Source: an uncultured Chlamydiales bacterium (GTDB taxonomy: Bacteria; Chlamydiota; Chlamydiia; Chlamydiales; Rhabdochlamydiaceae). Taken from it: a stretch of DNA of 64,000 nucleotides. The translations under genes were made by a program, and so were the position numbers. The stretch is from the NCBI GenBank assembly GCA_963700985.1, contig OY969554.1:1696001-1760000 (forward strand). The letters are read 5' to 3'. Positions 37,792 through 47,418 of this stretch are shown here, in pieces. The stretch's first letter is position 1, and each line of letters opens with the position of its first letter. Below the pieces are notes generated by a model, which made no database searches, had not been told where the DNA came from, and saw only the letters and a program-made list of their open reading frames with translations.

Positions 37792-38415
37792 TTAGCGTTT
37801 TTTGAAGCGGTCGAAGGCGGCTTCGAGGGCGCGCCATTGATTTTCGATGGTGGCATTGATGATGCCGGATTCGGTTTCGATGATGCAGCCGCCGGGGGTA
37901 ATGTCGGGGCGATCGAGGATAGAGAGGCTTTCTACTTGTTCCAGAAGGTCGCGGATTTTGGATTTGTGTGCTTCAACGATCTCACGCTCTTCTTTGCTGA
38001 CGTAAATTTTGATGCGATGGTTTTGAGTGATAGGAGCTAGTGCCTGCAAGACGATATCGACGATGGTCTCTGGGTGTGCCTCGAGCTCTTTGCTAACGAT
38101 TTTTTTAGCTGCTTTCAGAGCGAGTGGAAGCACTGCTTGCATCGCATCGTGGCGTATTTTTTTGAGTTCGGTGTCAAAAAAAAGTAGCTGATCATTGAAA
38201 CGTGCAAGTCCCTCGGCAAAGCCCTCATCTTCAGCTTGCTTGCGCAATTGGACGCACTCTTCTTGGGTGGCCTGATGCAACTGTTTGGCATCATCTTGGG
38301 CTTTTTGAACGATTTCCTTAGCCTCGAGCAGGATGCTGTATTGATCGGCAGGGATAACTTTTTCCTCGGACGCCGGATGGACCTCGCCTTGATAGATAAG
38401 AGAGAAGAATTTCAT
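37792..38415 (-). CDS. sctL: T3SS stator SctL
   Basis: GGCIIETESGIINA; AEDEGFAEG repeats; position. Confidence 0.93.
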   Translation of the reverse strand: MKFFSLIYQGEVHPASEEKVIPADQYSILLEAKEIVQKAQDDAKQLHQATQEECVQLRKQAEDEGFAEGLARFNDQLLFFDTELKKIRHDAMQAVLPLALKAAKKIVSKELEAHPETIVDIVLQALAPITQNHRIKIYVSKEEREIVEAHKSKIRDLLEQVESLSILDRPDITPGGCIIETESGIINATIENQWRALEAAFDRFKKR

Positions 38416-39287
38416 GCGTCTTTGGAGGGTTGTGGAGTTTGAATATGAGTGAGTAGCTCAGTTACTTGACTGATGAGAATTTCCTGGGCACGCACATGTT
38501 CGAGCGGAGTTGAAAGCTTTACAAGAATTTCACCTGCTTCCTTGTCGAGCTTGTGGCTAATATGCCAGAGAAGGCTTTTGCCCTGCTGATACAGAGCTTT
38601 TGCCAAGCGGTTTACACCGCGTTGACGCAGGAGGGCGCGCAAGGTGGATTTTTTGCCATCCCAAGTTTGCAGGTCCATTCTCTTAAAGGTGAGCGGCTCT
38701 TTGTGATGCATAAGAGATTTGAGGAAAGTCAGCTCGTTTGGCAAGAGGGCGGAGTAAATTTTTTTTAAGCGAGCTGTGTCGATGATCTGTTTAACTTCAA
38801 TGGCCAGGTCGTGCAAACCTAATGAATCGAGGAGATTTCCAAGAGAGGCAGGCGAGAGTTCTAAAAGGCCGTTAAGCGGAGATTCTGGCAAGCATTCGAA
38901 GGGGAGTAGTTCTTTTTCTGAGATCTTTTCCCATAAAGTCTGTGTAAAAAATGGGCTGATCGCTGGGTTAAGCTCTACTTTGTGATTTGAAAGAAGTAGG
39001 AGCTTTTTCAAGCTTTTGGCTTGCTCAGCATTAAGGGCTGAGAGAAAGAGGCGTACTTCATTTTCAGAAAAAGTTCGAAAAAGAGGCTCTAACCAGGAGT
39101 AATGGATTCTATTTAAGTTGATTTGAGCGGAGGAGAAGCCCGCAGTTGGATCGTAAGGATATGAATAGGGAATCTCTGAGATTAATTGCTGGTCATCCTC
39201 GGATAGAAAACGGAAGAGTTGATCGCGCTTTTCTTCAGGGCGCTTTTGCAGAAACGACTTGCATACGATGGCTGCAGTAGCATTCAT
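38412..39287 (-). CDS. Chlamydial CT560-like (SctK-position) T3SS protein
   Basis: Lies between sctJ and sctL as in chlamydiae; IHYSW and LGLHDLA.E motifs. Confidence 0.75.
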   Translation of the reverse strand: MNATAAIVCKSFLQKRPEEKRDQLFRFLSEDDQQLISEIPYSYPYDPTAGFSSAQINLNRIHYSWLEPLFRTFSENEVRLFLSALNAEQAKSLKKLLLLSNHKVELNPAISPFFTQTLWEKISEKELLPFECLPESPLNGLLELSPASLGNLLDSLGLHDLAIEVKQIIDTARLKKIYSALLPNELTFLKSLMHHKEPLTFKRMDLQTWDGKKSTLRALLRQRGVNRLAKALYQQGKSLLWHISHKLDKEAGEILVKLSTPLEHVRAQEILISQVTELLTHIQTPQPSKDA

Positions 39288-39293
39288 GCAAAA

Positions 39294-40241
39294 TTAGGTT
39301 CTCTCTTCTGGTGGCGCTCTCTCTTTCTTCGGCGCACGTTTTTGCGTTTCCACCGGAATGGGATTTAGTAATTCCTTAAAGCCTCGACCACGCTTCAGCA
39401 GAGGGTAAAACTTCCAGACCATCCAGCCAATAGCAGCTCCGAGAACAAGCGTTAGGATACTGAGAATAAAAAAGAGGGTGCGAAAACGGCTAGCGGAACT
39501 CTTGCTCATCACGATAGACCAGATGCTCACATACTCTTTCGGCTTTGGGGTGAGCTCTTCCATTTGCGGCATGAGGGTGATATCAGTCAGGCGTGAACGA
39601 TCAGAAATAACTGTGACGTCATTCACATCCAGGCCACTGACGCTACCGGCCACTAAACGCTTAATTTTAGTAACAAGATGGCTATTTGGATCATCCAAAA
39701 TGCCTTGATGTTTTACATACACAGATGCCGTGACTTTTCTAAGAACTGTGGCACCCGGGATACCTGTTTCAGCCGGCGGAAAAGAGAGCTGTACGTCGGC
39801 ATCGATAACACCATCGATTTTACGAATCGTATTCGCAATTTGCTCAGCAAGGCCAGCTTGATAGCGGATTGTCTCTTCTCTTTCGGATGACATTAGGCCG
39901 GCTTTGGCGAAAAGATCGAGCAGATTAACGCCCCGTCTTCTCGGAAGGCCATTCTGGTTTAAAAGGGCCATGGCTTCAGTAGATTGTGAAGGTGGAACAG
40001 CAATACTCCAAAGAGGAATGCCACCGCCACCGCCGCCGCCAGGAGCTGTAGACGCGGCTATTTTATCTGCGGGGATATTTTTGCTGGCTAGGAAGACAAC
40101 GATTTCATTGGCTTCGCGTTCTTCAACATCATTGACAATGATCATATTCGTTTCGCAAGCTGCCAAAAGCACGAGAAGTGCACAAAGCAGCCAGCTTGCA
40201 AGCGAACGGATTCGGAGTTTAGTGAAGAATGCAGATGTCAT
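39294..40241 (-). CDS. sctJ: T3SS inner membrane ring lipoprotein SctJ
   Basis: Lipobox LAAC, EREANEI, GLPR, IDGVIDADV, C-terminal TM. Confidence 0.95.
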   Translation of the reverse strand: MTSAFFTKLRIRSLASWLLCALLVLLAACETNMIIVNDVEEREANEIVVFLASKNIPADKIAASTAPGGGGGGGIPLWSIAVPPSQSTEAMALLNQNGLPRRRGVNLLDLFAKAGLMSSEREETIRYQAGLAEQIANTIRKIDGVIDADVQLSFPPAETGIPGATVLRKVTASVYVKHQGILDDPNSHLVTKIKRLVAGSVSGLDVNDVTVISDRSRLTDITLMPQMEELTPKPKEYVSIWSIVMSKSSASRFRTLFFILSILTLVLGAAIGWMVWKFYPLLKRGRGFKELLNPIPVETQKRAPKKERAPPEERT

Positions 40242-40276
40242 CGGTTCCTTGAGTCAGCGTGATTTATAAGTCCACT

Positions 40277-41281
40277 CTATCTCTTTATAACACTACGCTT
40301 ATTTATCGTCTCGAACAACCACGAAGGTCCATTCCCAAAGCGCCTTAAAAGATAGTCTTTAACGCCTTGTAAGGCGGCGCGGTATTGACGTAGCTTCTGC
40401 CGTTTCTGGGCTTTTTTTTCTTCCGGTTGGTTAAAACTCAAGCAATAGAGTTGAAAGGCTTTAAGGGCTCGCAATTTTAAAAGATGGAAGATCTCGGGCA
40501 GCAGCACCCGGACATAAACAGACACTTTATCCCCAGTGGAAAGATTTCGCTCAATCCAGAAGAGGCGATTGCGCCACCAGTAGTAGGTCGTATGGGGTTT
40601 GCCGCCTACAAAGGAAGCGGAGACTTTATGCCAGATTAAAGCTTCTGGACAGGTCATTGCTAGATATCCTTCTCGGATGGCTCTTTGGCAGAAGTCGGCT
40701 TCTTCCCAGATCAGAAAAAAGCGCGGTTCGAGCATGCCAATTTTTTCAAAGACAACTTTTTTTACTAAGAGAGCCGCTCCGCAGACGTAATCAAGAGGCA
40801 TGCTTTCGATGTTTTTTTTCACTTCTCTATGCCCAATGAAATCAAACGCGGCTTTATTTTTATTCCACATGCCGCCTAAATGATCGAGCCTGCTTGGTTC
40901 CTCAAAAAGATAGATTGTCGCGCCTAAAATGCCTGCATTAGGATAGCGCGCTAATTGTGCTGCATAAGCCGTGAGAAGTCCGGGATCGACAATGGTGTCA
41001 TTATTGAGCAGAAGCACAGCTTCAGCGCCGCTGGAAAGAGCATGTAGAATTCCGACATTATTGCCACCGGCAAAACCGAGGTTTTCGTGCGTCTCAAGCA
41101 GAGTAACCTGAGGAAACTGTGTGCGAATTGCCTCAACTGAGTCGTCGGATGATCCATTGTCAACGACAATGGTTTGAAAATTTGGATACTCGATTTTCTC
41201 GACTGAGGCCAAACAGGCCAGTGTATCTTTTTTCCCGTTCCAATTGAGAATTACAATAGAAATTTTATCGGCGCGCTGCAT
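40277..41281 (-). CDS. Glycosyltransferase family 2 (rhamnosyltransferase-like)
   Basis: ILNWNG, VDNGSSD, NLGFAGGNN, LLNND, EEADFC. Confidence 0.9.
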   Translation of the reverse strand: MQRADKISIVILNWNGKKDTLACLASVEKIEYPNFQTIVVDNGSSDDSVEAIRTQFPQVTLLETHENLGFAGGNNVGILHALSSGAEAVLLLNNDTIVDPGLLTAYAAQLARYPNAGILGATIYLFEEPSRLDHLGGMWNKNKAAFDFIGHREVKKNIESMPLDYVCGAALLVKKVVFEKIGMLEPRFFLIWEEADFCQRAIREGYLAMTCPEALIWHKVSASFVGGKPHTTYYWWRNRLFWIERNLSTGDKVSVYVRVLLPEIFHLLKLRALKAFQLYCLSFNQPEEKKAQKRQKLRQYRAALQGVKDYLLRRFGNGPSWLFETINKRSVIKR

Positions 41282-42032
41282 AAGCCTTCCATGCTGTATT
41301 TTTATAATCTAGTGCTTCCTTTAAAGGGTCATTGGCGGATGTAATGCCACGGCCGACTATGATTAGATCGCTTCCGGCGCCGATGACCATTTCTGGAGTG
41401 TTGTATTGCTGACCCAAGCCATCCTTTGCTGCCCCGCGCTGCACACCAGGGGTCATATGAATAAAGCGCGGATCGTCGATCAGTTTGCGTTGGCAGATAA
41501 AACCAATGACAAAGTCATCATGCTGCTGTGCCATTTCAACTGCTCTGGTTGTATAAGCACCTTGGGCGAGGCTGCCTTTCGAACTCATCTCTGCAAGCAA
41601 CAAAAGACCCCGCTTTTTAGGCATCCCAATTTCTTTTAAGCCTTCGATGATCCCTGGGCCGGGGATAATATGCGCATTTGTGATGTCTGCCCATTGCGCG
41701 ATGCGGTAAATCCCCCCTTGATATTGGTGAAGCACAGTATTGCCAATGTCAGCGAACTTACGGTCTTCAAAAAGCAGAAACTGATGTTTTTCGGCCAGCT
41801 GCGTGAGCTTTTGAGTCACATGCGGAGAAAAATCCTCCAGAATATCGATATGGGTTTTAAGCATACAAATTTCAGGCGCGAGCTTTTCGGTGAAGTTTAA
41901 TAGATCTTCCGCGCGTGTAAAATCCGCTGATATGCAGAGGTTACTGCGCTTTTCTTCCATGAGACGAAAAAGCTTTTTTGACGTGAAATTTTGGCAGAGC
42001 TGGGCTCTTTCCCCGAAAGATAAAGTTTTCAT
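41265..42032 (-). CDS. pyrF: Orotidine-5'-phosphate decarboxylase (eukaryote-like type)
   Basis: LKTHID, FEDRKFADIGNT, TPGV, GQQY, IIVGRGI. Confidence 0.95.
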   Translation of the reverse strand: MKTLSFGERAQLCQNFTSKKLFRLMEEKRSNLCISADFTRAEDLLNFTEKLAPEICMLKTHIDILEDFSPHVTQKLTQLAEKHQFLLFEDRKFADIGNTVLHQYQGGIYRIAQWADITNAHIIPGPGIIEGLKEIGMPKKRGLLLLAEMSSKGSLAQGAYTTRAVEMAQQHDDFVIGFICQRKLIDDPRFIHMTPGVQRGAAKDGLGQQYNTPEMVIGAGSDLIIVGRGITSANDPLKEALDYKNTAWKAYAARR

Positions 42033-42034
42033 AT

Positions 42035-42625
42035 TTAAGTTTTTAAAACGCTCATGCTCGTTGCAAAAAGGGTGCGATCGATTTTTTCAGCATCATAAAG
42101 TAGGGTAACGAGTTCGGTGAGTGTAATTAAAGCATGCGCATGGATGCCATGGGCTTCGAGATTGGCTTTCGCTCCTTGCTGCCTGTCGACGATTACAATA
42201 GCATCTTTTACTACCAATCCTTCGTCTTTCAAAGATTGGCAGGTTTCAAGAATACTGCCGCCGCTTGTGATGACATCTTCGATGATTAAGCAGGTCTGAC
42301 CCGCTTCATAAACCCCTTCAATACGCTTTTTAGTTCCATAATCTTTAACCTCTTTTCGTCGCAAAATCATCGGCACATCATGTGCCACTGAAAGGCAGGT
42401 AGCCAGAGGCAGAGCTGTGTAGGGAACGCCACAGACTAGATCGAATGAGAGTTGAGCTGCTTTTTCCCAGAGCATTTCAGAAATTCTACTCAGAAGCGCA
42501 GGGTAAGAGATGATGAGTCTCAGATCGAGGTAAATAGGAGATATCTGACCACTTTTGAGGGTAAAAGAGCCAAATTTGACGGCTTGAATTTCAAAAAGCT
42601 CTAAGGCGAGTGTTTGACTATCCAT
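42035..42625 (-). CDS. pyrE: Orotate phosphoribosyltransferase
   Basis: KFGSFTLKSG..SPIYLDLR, RRKEVKDYGT, IEDVITSGGS. Confidence 0.95.
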   Translation of the reverse strand: MDSQTLALELFEIQAVKFGSFTLKSGQISPIYLDLRLIISYPALLSRISEMLWEKAAQLSFDLVCGVPYTALPLATCLSVAHDVPMILRRKEVKDYGTKKRIEGVYEAGQTCLIIEDVITSGGSILETCQSLKDEGLVVKDAIVIVDRQQGAKANLEAHGIHAHALITLTELVTLLYDAEKIDRTLFATSMSVLKT

Positions 42626-43736
42626 GTGTGTTTTTCTCATGTTTCTGGTGATATCGAAGTGCCAGGAAAGGATCCCACATCATGCCGGTTGCTGTCATGG
42701 CGATATCTGCGCCAGCGTTAAAAAACTGCTCGAAGTGTTCTTCTGCCGTGATGCCACCGCAGCCGAGAATCGTCAATCCAAGCTTCTCTTTTTTATTGAT
42801 GTCGGTAGCTTGAGAGAGGAAATGCAGTGCGGCCTCGCGAATAGGTCCGCCGCAAACACCGGATGTGAGGCGGCTTTGACCTAAAGCCGGTGCGCCTTCT
42901 TTATTTACTACGCGCATACTGACGCTATTGATGCCCTCGATCGCTCTTACGCCTGAGCGTGCGGCGGCAAGAAACACAGCCTGCATTTGCGCCTTGGTAG
43001 GGAACACGCCCATTTTCAAGATGAGCGGAATGGGGTGGATGGCTTGCACGATCGCTTTGCTCATTTTGGCGACGGTATCGGGAGATAGGTAGAGAAATCC
43101 ATCTTTTTTATCCACGTTGGGACAAGAAAAATTGGCCTCAATGATCTGTGCTCCAGCTTCTTTGGCCAGAAGCGCAGCTTGGACAAAGTCAGCTGTAAAA
43201 TCCTCACCTGGACGGTTTGTGCCCACCACAGAAACGATCATCACTTGGCCGGGTTTTAATAAACCATTTGCGCGGGCGATGTCTTGCAGCAGAAAATCGG
43301 GCTCCATCGAAGGCATGCCAAAAGAGTTTGTGACGGCAAGCTGTTCGATGTCAAAAGGCAGCTTTTCAGTTATCTCAGCGCGTTTCTCTTCTTCATCTGA
43401 GGAAACAGGGCCATGCGTGTCGACATAGACCATGTTCGGCAACGGATGCGCAGGATGCTGTTTACTGCGAATCGTTTTGTAGGTAACAACGTCAAAGCCG
43501 AGTTGAGCCGCGAGCTCGATCCACTTAGAAGTGAGCAGCGGGCCGGCTGGAACTCCCAGCTTGGAGGCAACTTTCACACCCAAAAAATCGACCCATTTTT
43601 CTTGGGATGGGAAAATGCGTTTTGGGATTTGATCTTTAAAGAAAGGACCATGCAAAGCGTTATCCAAATATGTCTTTTGAATATCGTAGATGGCAGGATG
43701 ATCTGGATACCAGGTCGGAAGTTCACTTTTGCTCAT
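42618..43736 (-). CDS. pyrD: Dihydroorotate dehydrogenase-like FMN enzyme (atypical, class 1/DPD-like)
   Basis: GVPAGPLL, TYKT, NSFGMPS, EANFSCPN, GCGGI; position in the operon. Confidence 0.75.
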   Translation of the reverse strand: MSKSELPTWYPDHPAIYDIQKTYLDNALHGPFFKDQIPKRIFPSQEKWVDFLGVKVASKLGVPAGPLLTSKWIELAAQLGFDVVTYKTIRSKQHPAHPLPNMVYVDTHGPVSSDEEEKRAEITEKLPFDIEQLAVTNSFGMPSMEPDFLLQDIARANGLLKPGQVMIVSVVGTNRPGEDFTADFVQAALLAKEAGAQIIEANFSCPNVDKKDGFLYLSPDTVAKMSKAIVQAIHPIPLILKMGVFPTKAQMQAVFLAAARSGVRAIEGINSVSMRVVNKEGAPALGQSRLTSGVCGGPIREAALHFLSQATDINKKEKLGLTILGCGGITAEEHFEQFFNAGADIAMTATGMMWDPFLALRYHQKHEKNTHG

Positions 43737-44940
43737 ATACTCTTCCTTTAACAATGGTGTAAACAGGCCATCCTTTAAGCTCCCAACCAGCATAGGGAGA
43801 CCAGCCTGCGCGTGTTTTTAACTCATGATCTTCGACTTTTTTGATTTTATTCAGATCTACAAGAACGAAGTCATCATTGGATGGAATACGAAAGATTTCG
43901 AGGATACGCTCACGCATGAGGCGTACGATCTGAGAAAGTGTTATACGTCCCTGATGATGCGCATCGAGCAGCAAGGGAAAGGTCGTTTCCACACCTGGAA
44001 TGCCTGAAGGTGCTAATCCGTAAGGTTTATTTTTTTCTTCAAGCGTGTGCGGGGCATGATCAGAACCAATTGTATCGATGGCGCCGCGCTGAATTCCGCT
44101 CCAGAGCGCCTCGGCATCTTCTTGAGTGCGCAATGGTGGGTTCATCTGTACTTTTGTGCCAAACTTTTTATAGCTCTCTTCGCTTAAAAAGAGATGGTGA
44201 GGAGTTACTTCGCCAAAGACCGAGACTTTCTCTTTTTTAGCCTGAGCGATGAGCTCGACTTCTTCCTTTGTGCTGACGTGCAGAATATAAAGGCGAGTAT
44301 GATACAGCTGCGCTAGCTTGATCGCTCGGGTGGTGGCAGCAATAGCCGCCTCACGGCAGCGTAATTTTGAATGGATTTGCGGATCTGTCTGTCCGCTAAA
44401 AAGTTCTTTGCGCTGTCTGATAATCTCTTCATCTTCGGCATGCACGGCAACCACTAAATCCAGGCTCTTTGCCAGGCTAAAGATGGCATGCAGGCTGCTT
44501 TCATCATCCATTAAAAGCTCACCCGTAGATGAGCCCATAAAGACTTTGATTCCCACAATATTCGCTTTGCACTTGTAAATCTCATCAAAGTGATTTTTAT
44601 CGGCGCCTAGATAGAGTTGATAACGCAACGGGATGTCGATCTCTTTGAGCTGTGCATCGATTAGCTGTTTTTTTTCTAAAATCCGCTCTTTGGTAGTTGA
44701 AGGAGGTTGGGTGTTAGGCATATCAAACACAGTGGTAATGCCACCGCGAATTGCCGCTTGTGCACCGCTCATCCAGTTTTCTTTGTGTTCCAAGCCAGGG
44801 GTGCGGAAGTGCACATGAGGATCGATTAGACCTGGAAAAAGTGTAAGGCCGGTTGCATCGATGACACGATCCTCTGACGAGGGAAGTTGTTTGTCGATGA
44901 CTTTGCCATCTAAAGTTTGGACGTTTTTAATCTCGATCAC
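43723..44940 (-). CDS. pyrC: Dihydroorotase
   Basis: DPHVHFR, DMPNT, HAED, HVST, NPPLR, SDHAPH. Confidence 0.93.
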   Translation of the reverse strand: MIEIKNVQTLDGKVIDKQLPSSEDRVIDATGLTLFPGLIDPHVHFRTPGLEHKENWMSGAQAAIRGGITTVFDMPNTQPPSTTKERILEKKQLIDAQLKEIDIPLRYQLYLGADKNHFDEIYKCKANIVGIKVFMGSSTGELLMDDESSLHAIFSLAKSLDLVVAVHAEDEEIIRQRKELFSGQTDPQIHSKLRCREAAIAATTRAIKLAQLYHTRLYILHVSTKEEVELIAQAKKEKVSVFGEVTPHHLFLSEESYKKFGTKVQMNPPLRTQEDAEALWSGIQRGAIDTIGSDHAPHTLEEKNKPYGLAPSGIPGVETTFPLLLDAHHQGRITLSQIVRLMRERILEIFRIPSNDDFVLVDLNKIKKVEDHELKTRAGWSPYAGWELKGWPVYTIVKGRVYEQK

Positions 44941-45398
44941 GTTTTGTAGTCTCTCACTTCACTTCGTTCAAAAAGCTTTTCACAGAATCCGCAGCGCAAA
45001 AAAATCTTCTGCTTAAATTCTTCGATGAAAAAGAGTGTATTTGCGGGTTCTTTGCGTGTAATGCAGCAAGGGTTAGGGCAAAGAAGAATATTTTCGATGA
45101 CATCAGGCAGGCTTGCTTTCATCTTTTTTTCTACTTTGTAGTTGCGGATGATGCTGATGGTAGCAAGCGGCGCAAATACGGCGATGTCGTGTGCTTCTTT
45201 TTCAGTTAAAAATCGACTTTCAATTTTGATCAGATCTTTGTGCCCCATCGAGCGGCTAGAGAGATTGAGACCCACAGTAGAGCAATTTTGCAGATTCGAG
45301 AGCTTTAAAAGATGGATGATAATGAGCGCAGAGCCTTGCGCGATATGATCGATCACGGTGCCATCTTTAATAGCTGAAACGGAAAGAGTCTTTTCCAT
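44937..45398 (-). CDS. pyrI: Aspartate carbamoyltransferase regulatory chain
   Basis: VSAIKDGTVIDHI, CPNPCCIT and CGFC zinc ligands. Confidence 0.95.
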   Translation of the reverse strand: MEKTLSVSAIKDGTVIDHIAQGSALIIIHLLKLSNLQNCSTVGLNLSSRSMGHKDLIKIESRFLTEKEAHDIAVFAPLATISIIRNYKVEKKMKASLPDVIENILLCPNPCCITRKEPANTLFFIEEFKQKIFLRCGFCEKLFERSEVRDYKT

Positions 45399-45407
45399 AA
45401 AGTTTCC

Positions 45408-46340
45408 TCAATTGATCTTTCCAAGTGTTAGAGCCAGCAGAGCCTGCCGCACAAAAAGCCCATTTTCTGCTTGCTGAAAGTAGTAAGCATGGGGAGTTTT
45501 ATCAATCGCGACTTCTATCTCATTTACGCGAGGCAGTGGGTGAAGCACTTTCAGGTGCGATTGGGCATTTTTTAGTTGGGCCTCTTTCAGAATAAAACTC
45601 TCTTTTACTTTTTCATAGGTCGCTTCATCGAAACGCTCTTTTTGAATGCGTGTTACATAGAGAACATCGACCTTGTCGATCACTTCTTCCACGCTGCGAT
45701 GAAATGAGAACTTTCCACGCAATTTACGCAGTTGATGCAAAATTGTGTCGGGTAGAGTGAGTTCTTCAGGCGAGATAAAATAAAGACGCATATCGAAGAG
45801 CGCGGCTGCATAAGCAAGCGAATGGACTGTACGTCCATATTTAAGATCGCCCACGATCGCGACTTTTAAGCCTTCTAACTTTCCTTGGCATTCTTTGATT
45901 GTGAAGAGGTCTAGAAGAGTTTGGGTGGGGTGTTGATTGGCACCATCGCCCGCATTAATTACAGGCTTATTTGTGGCCAGACTTGCCAGGCGCGCGGCAC
46001 CTTCAAGAGGGTGACGGATAACGATGAGATCGGCCAGTGAGCCAATTACTTTCATCGAGTCATGCAGGGATTCGCCTTTTTTAATTGAAGTAGAGGCGCT
46101 ATCTGAAAAACCGATCACCTGTCCGCCAAGTCTTAGCATGGCCGATTCAAAAGAGAGGCGAGTGCGCGTCGAGGGTTCAAAAAAACAGCTAGCGAGGATG
46201 TTGCCGCGCAGCAGTTCCTTGGCAGGTTTCTTTTTGAACTCAGCAGCACATTTCAGTAGATGCTCAATCTCTTCTTTTGATAGATCAGCAATTGAAATTA
46301 GGCTGCGGTTTTTAAGATTTTTTTTGCTCTGTTTAGCCAT
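45408..46340 (-). CDS. pyrB: Aspartate carbamoyltransferase catalytic chain
   Basis: FFEPSTRTRLSF, HPTQTLLD, HPLPR. Confidence 0.97.
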   Translation of the reverse strand: MAKQSKKNLKNRSLISIADLSKEEIEHLLKCAAEFKKKPAKELLRGNILASCFFEPSTRTRLSFESAMLRLGGQVIGFSDSASTSIKKGESLHDSMKVIGSLADLIVIRHPLEGAARLASLATNKPVINAGDGANQHPTQTLLDLFTIKECQGKLEGLKVAIVGDLKYGRTVHSLAYAAALFDMRLYFISPEELTLPDTILHQLRKLRGKFSFHRSVEEVIDKVDVLYVTRIQKERFDEATYEKVKESFILKEAQLKNAQSHLKVLHPLPRVNEIEVAIDKTPHAYYFQQAENGLFVRQALLALTLGKIN

Positions 46341-47418
46341 AGTTGCTGGGGGGATAGATGAGTTTCAATGCCGCATCGTAAACTTCCTGCGGGGAGATTT
46401 GCAAGAGGCAAAAGGGCGCTGCACATTTTTTGCGCAGGCATGGCTCGCACGTGCGTTTCTTGGATAAAACTAAGCTATTAGTAGAGAAATAGGGTCCACA
46501 TAATTTAGGGTCAGTTGGACTAAAAAGAGCGACGGTGGGCGTTTTCATCGCAAATGCCATATGCATAGGGCCTGTATCGTTGCTGATCATGACCGATAAA
46601 CGGCGCATAAGAGCTGCTAAAGATCCTAAGCTGAGCTTGCCAGCTAGCGCGCGGGCGCCCTGAATTTTTGAGGCGATGCGTTCGACCAGCTGCTGCTCTT
46701 CGGCATTGCCCGTTACGATAATCTGACAGCCTAAATGGCGCACAAGGCGATTTCCAACCTCGATGAAATGCTCTTCAGGCCAGCGTTTAAACTCATCTTT
46801 TGAACCTGGATGAAGACCCACAAGTGGAAGAATCGAAGAGATCTTCTTTTCAGCTAGAAATTGCTCGGCTAATTTCTCATCTTCCTGAGAAAGCGTAAGT
46901 TCCAAAGAATGATCGAGAATTTGAGCGCCGCATTCTTTGACGATTTTAAGCCGTCTTTCTATCTCATGAATCGCAGACGCATCTAGTGTTTTAGTGAAGA
47001 GAAAATCCAACCCTTTATTAAGGCCGCGCGTACCGATAAACTTTTCAGGGTTTAAAAGTGCACAAAAGGGAAAAATCAAACGTTGCGAGGCGTGGAAGAG
47101 AAGAATTTCACTGATTTCGCGTTTGCGCAAAGCTGAATAGAGCGAAAAAAATGAGAAGAGATGCGGTTTTTTGAATACGAAGAGTTCATCAATGGCTGGG
47201 TTGTTTTTGAGCAGCTCTTTTCCAATAGGACTCGTCAGAACGGCGATGTAGGCATTCGGAAATGATTGTCTTAGTGCGCGGATGCCTGGTGTACCCCAAA
47301 GAGTATCGCCAAGGCCAGTTGTGGTGACCACAAGGAAGCGGCGCGGAGTTTGTATGGCTTTTCTTTTGCTCTTAAAACAGCTCACAAAGGCCTTGAGAAG
47401 AGAATTTTTAAGTCGCAA
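46333..47418 (-). CDS. Glycosyltransferase family 9 (heptosyltransferase-like)
   Basis: GLGD, HPGS...KRWP, NDTGPMHMA; likely TTG start at 47418 after SD GGAGA. Confidence 0.88.
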   Translation of the reverse strand: MRLKNSLLKAFVSCFKSKRKAIQTPRRFLVVTTTGLGDTLWGTPGIRALRQSFPNAYIAVLTSPIGKELLKNNPAIDELFVFKKPHLFSFFSLYSALRKREISEILLFHASQRLIFPFCALLNPEKFIGTRGLNKGLDFLFTKTLDASAIHEIERRLKIVKECGAQILDHSLELTLSQEDEKLAEQFLAEKKISSILPLVGLHPGSKDEFKRWPEEHFIEVGNRLVRHLGCQIIVTGNAEEQQLVERIASKIQGARALAGKLSLGSLAALMRRLSVMISNDTGPMHMAFAMKTPTVALFSPTDPKLCGPYFSTNSLVLSKKRTCEPCLRKKCAAPFCLLQISPQEVYDAALKLIYPPSNYG

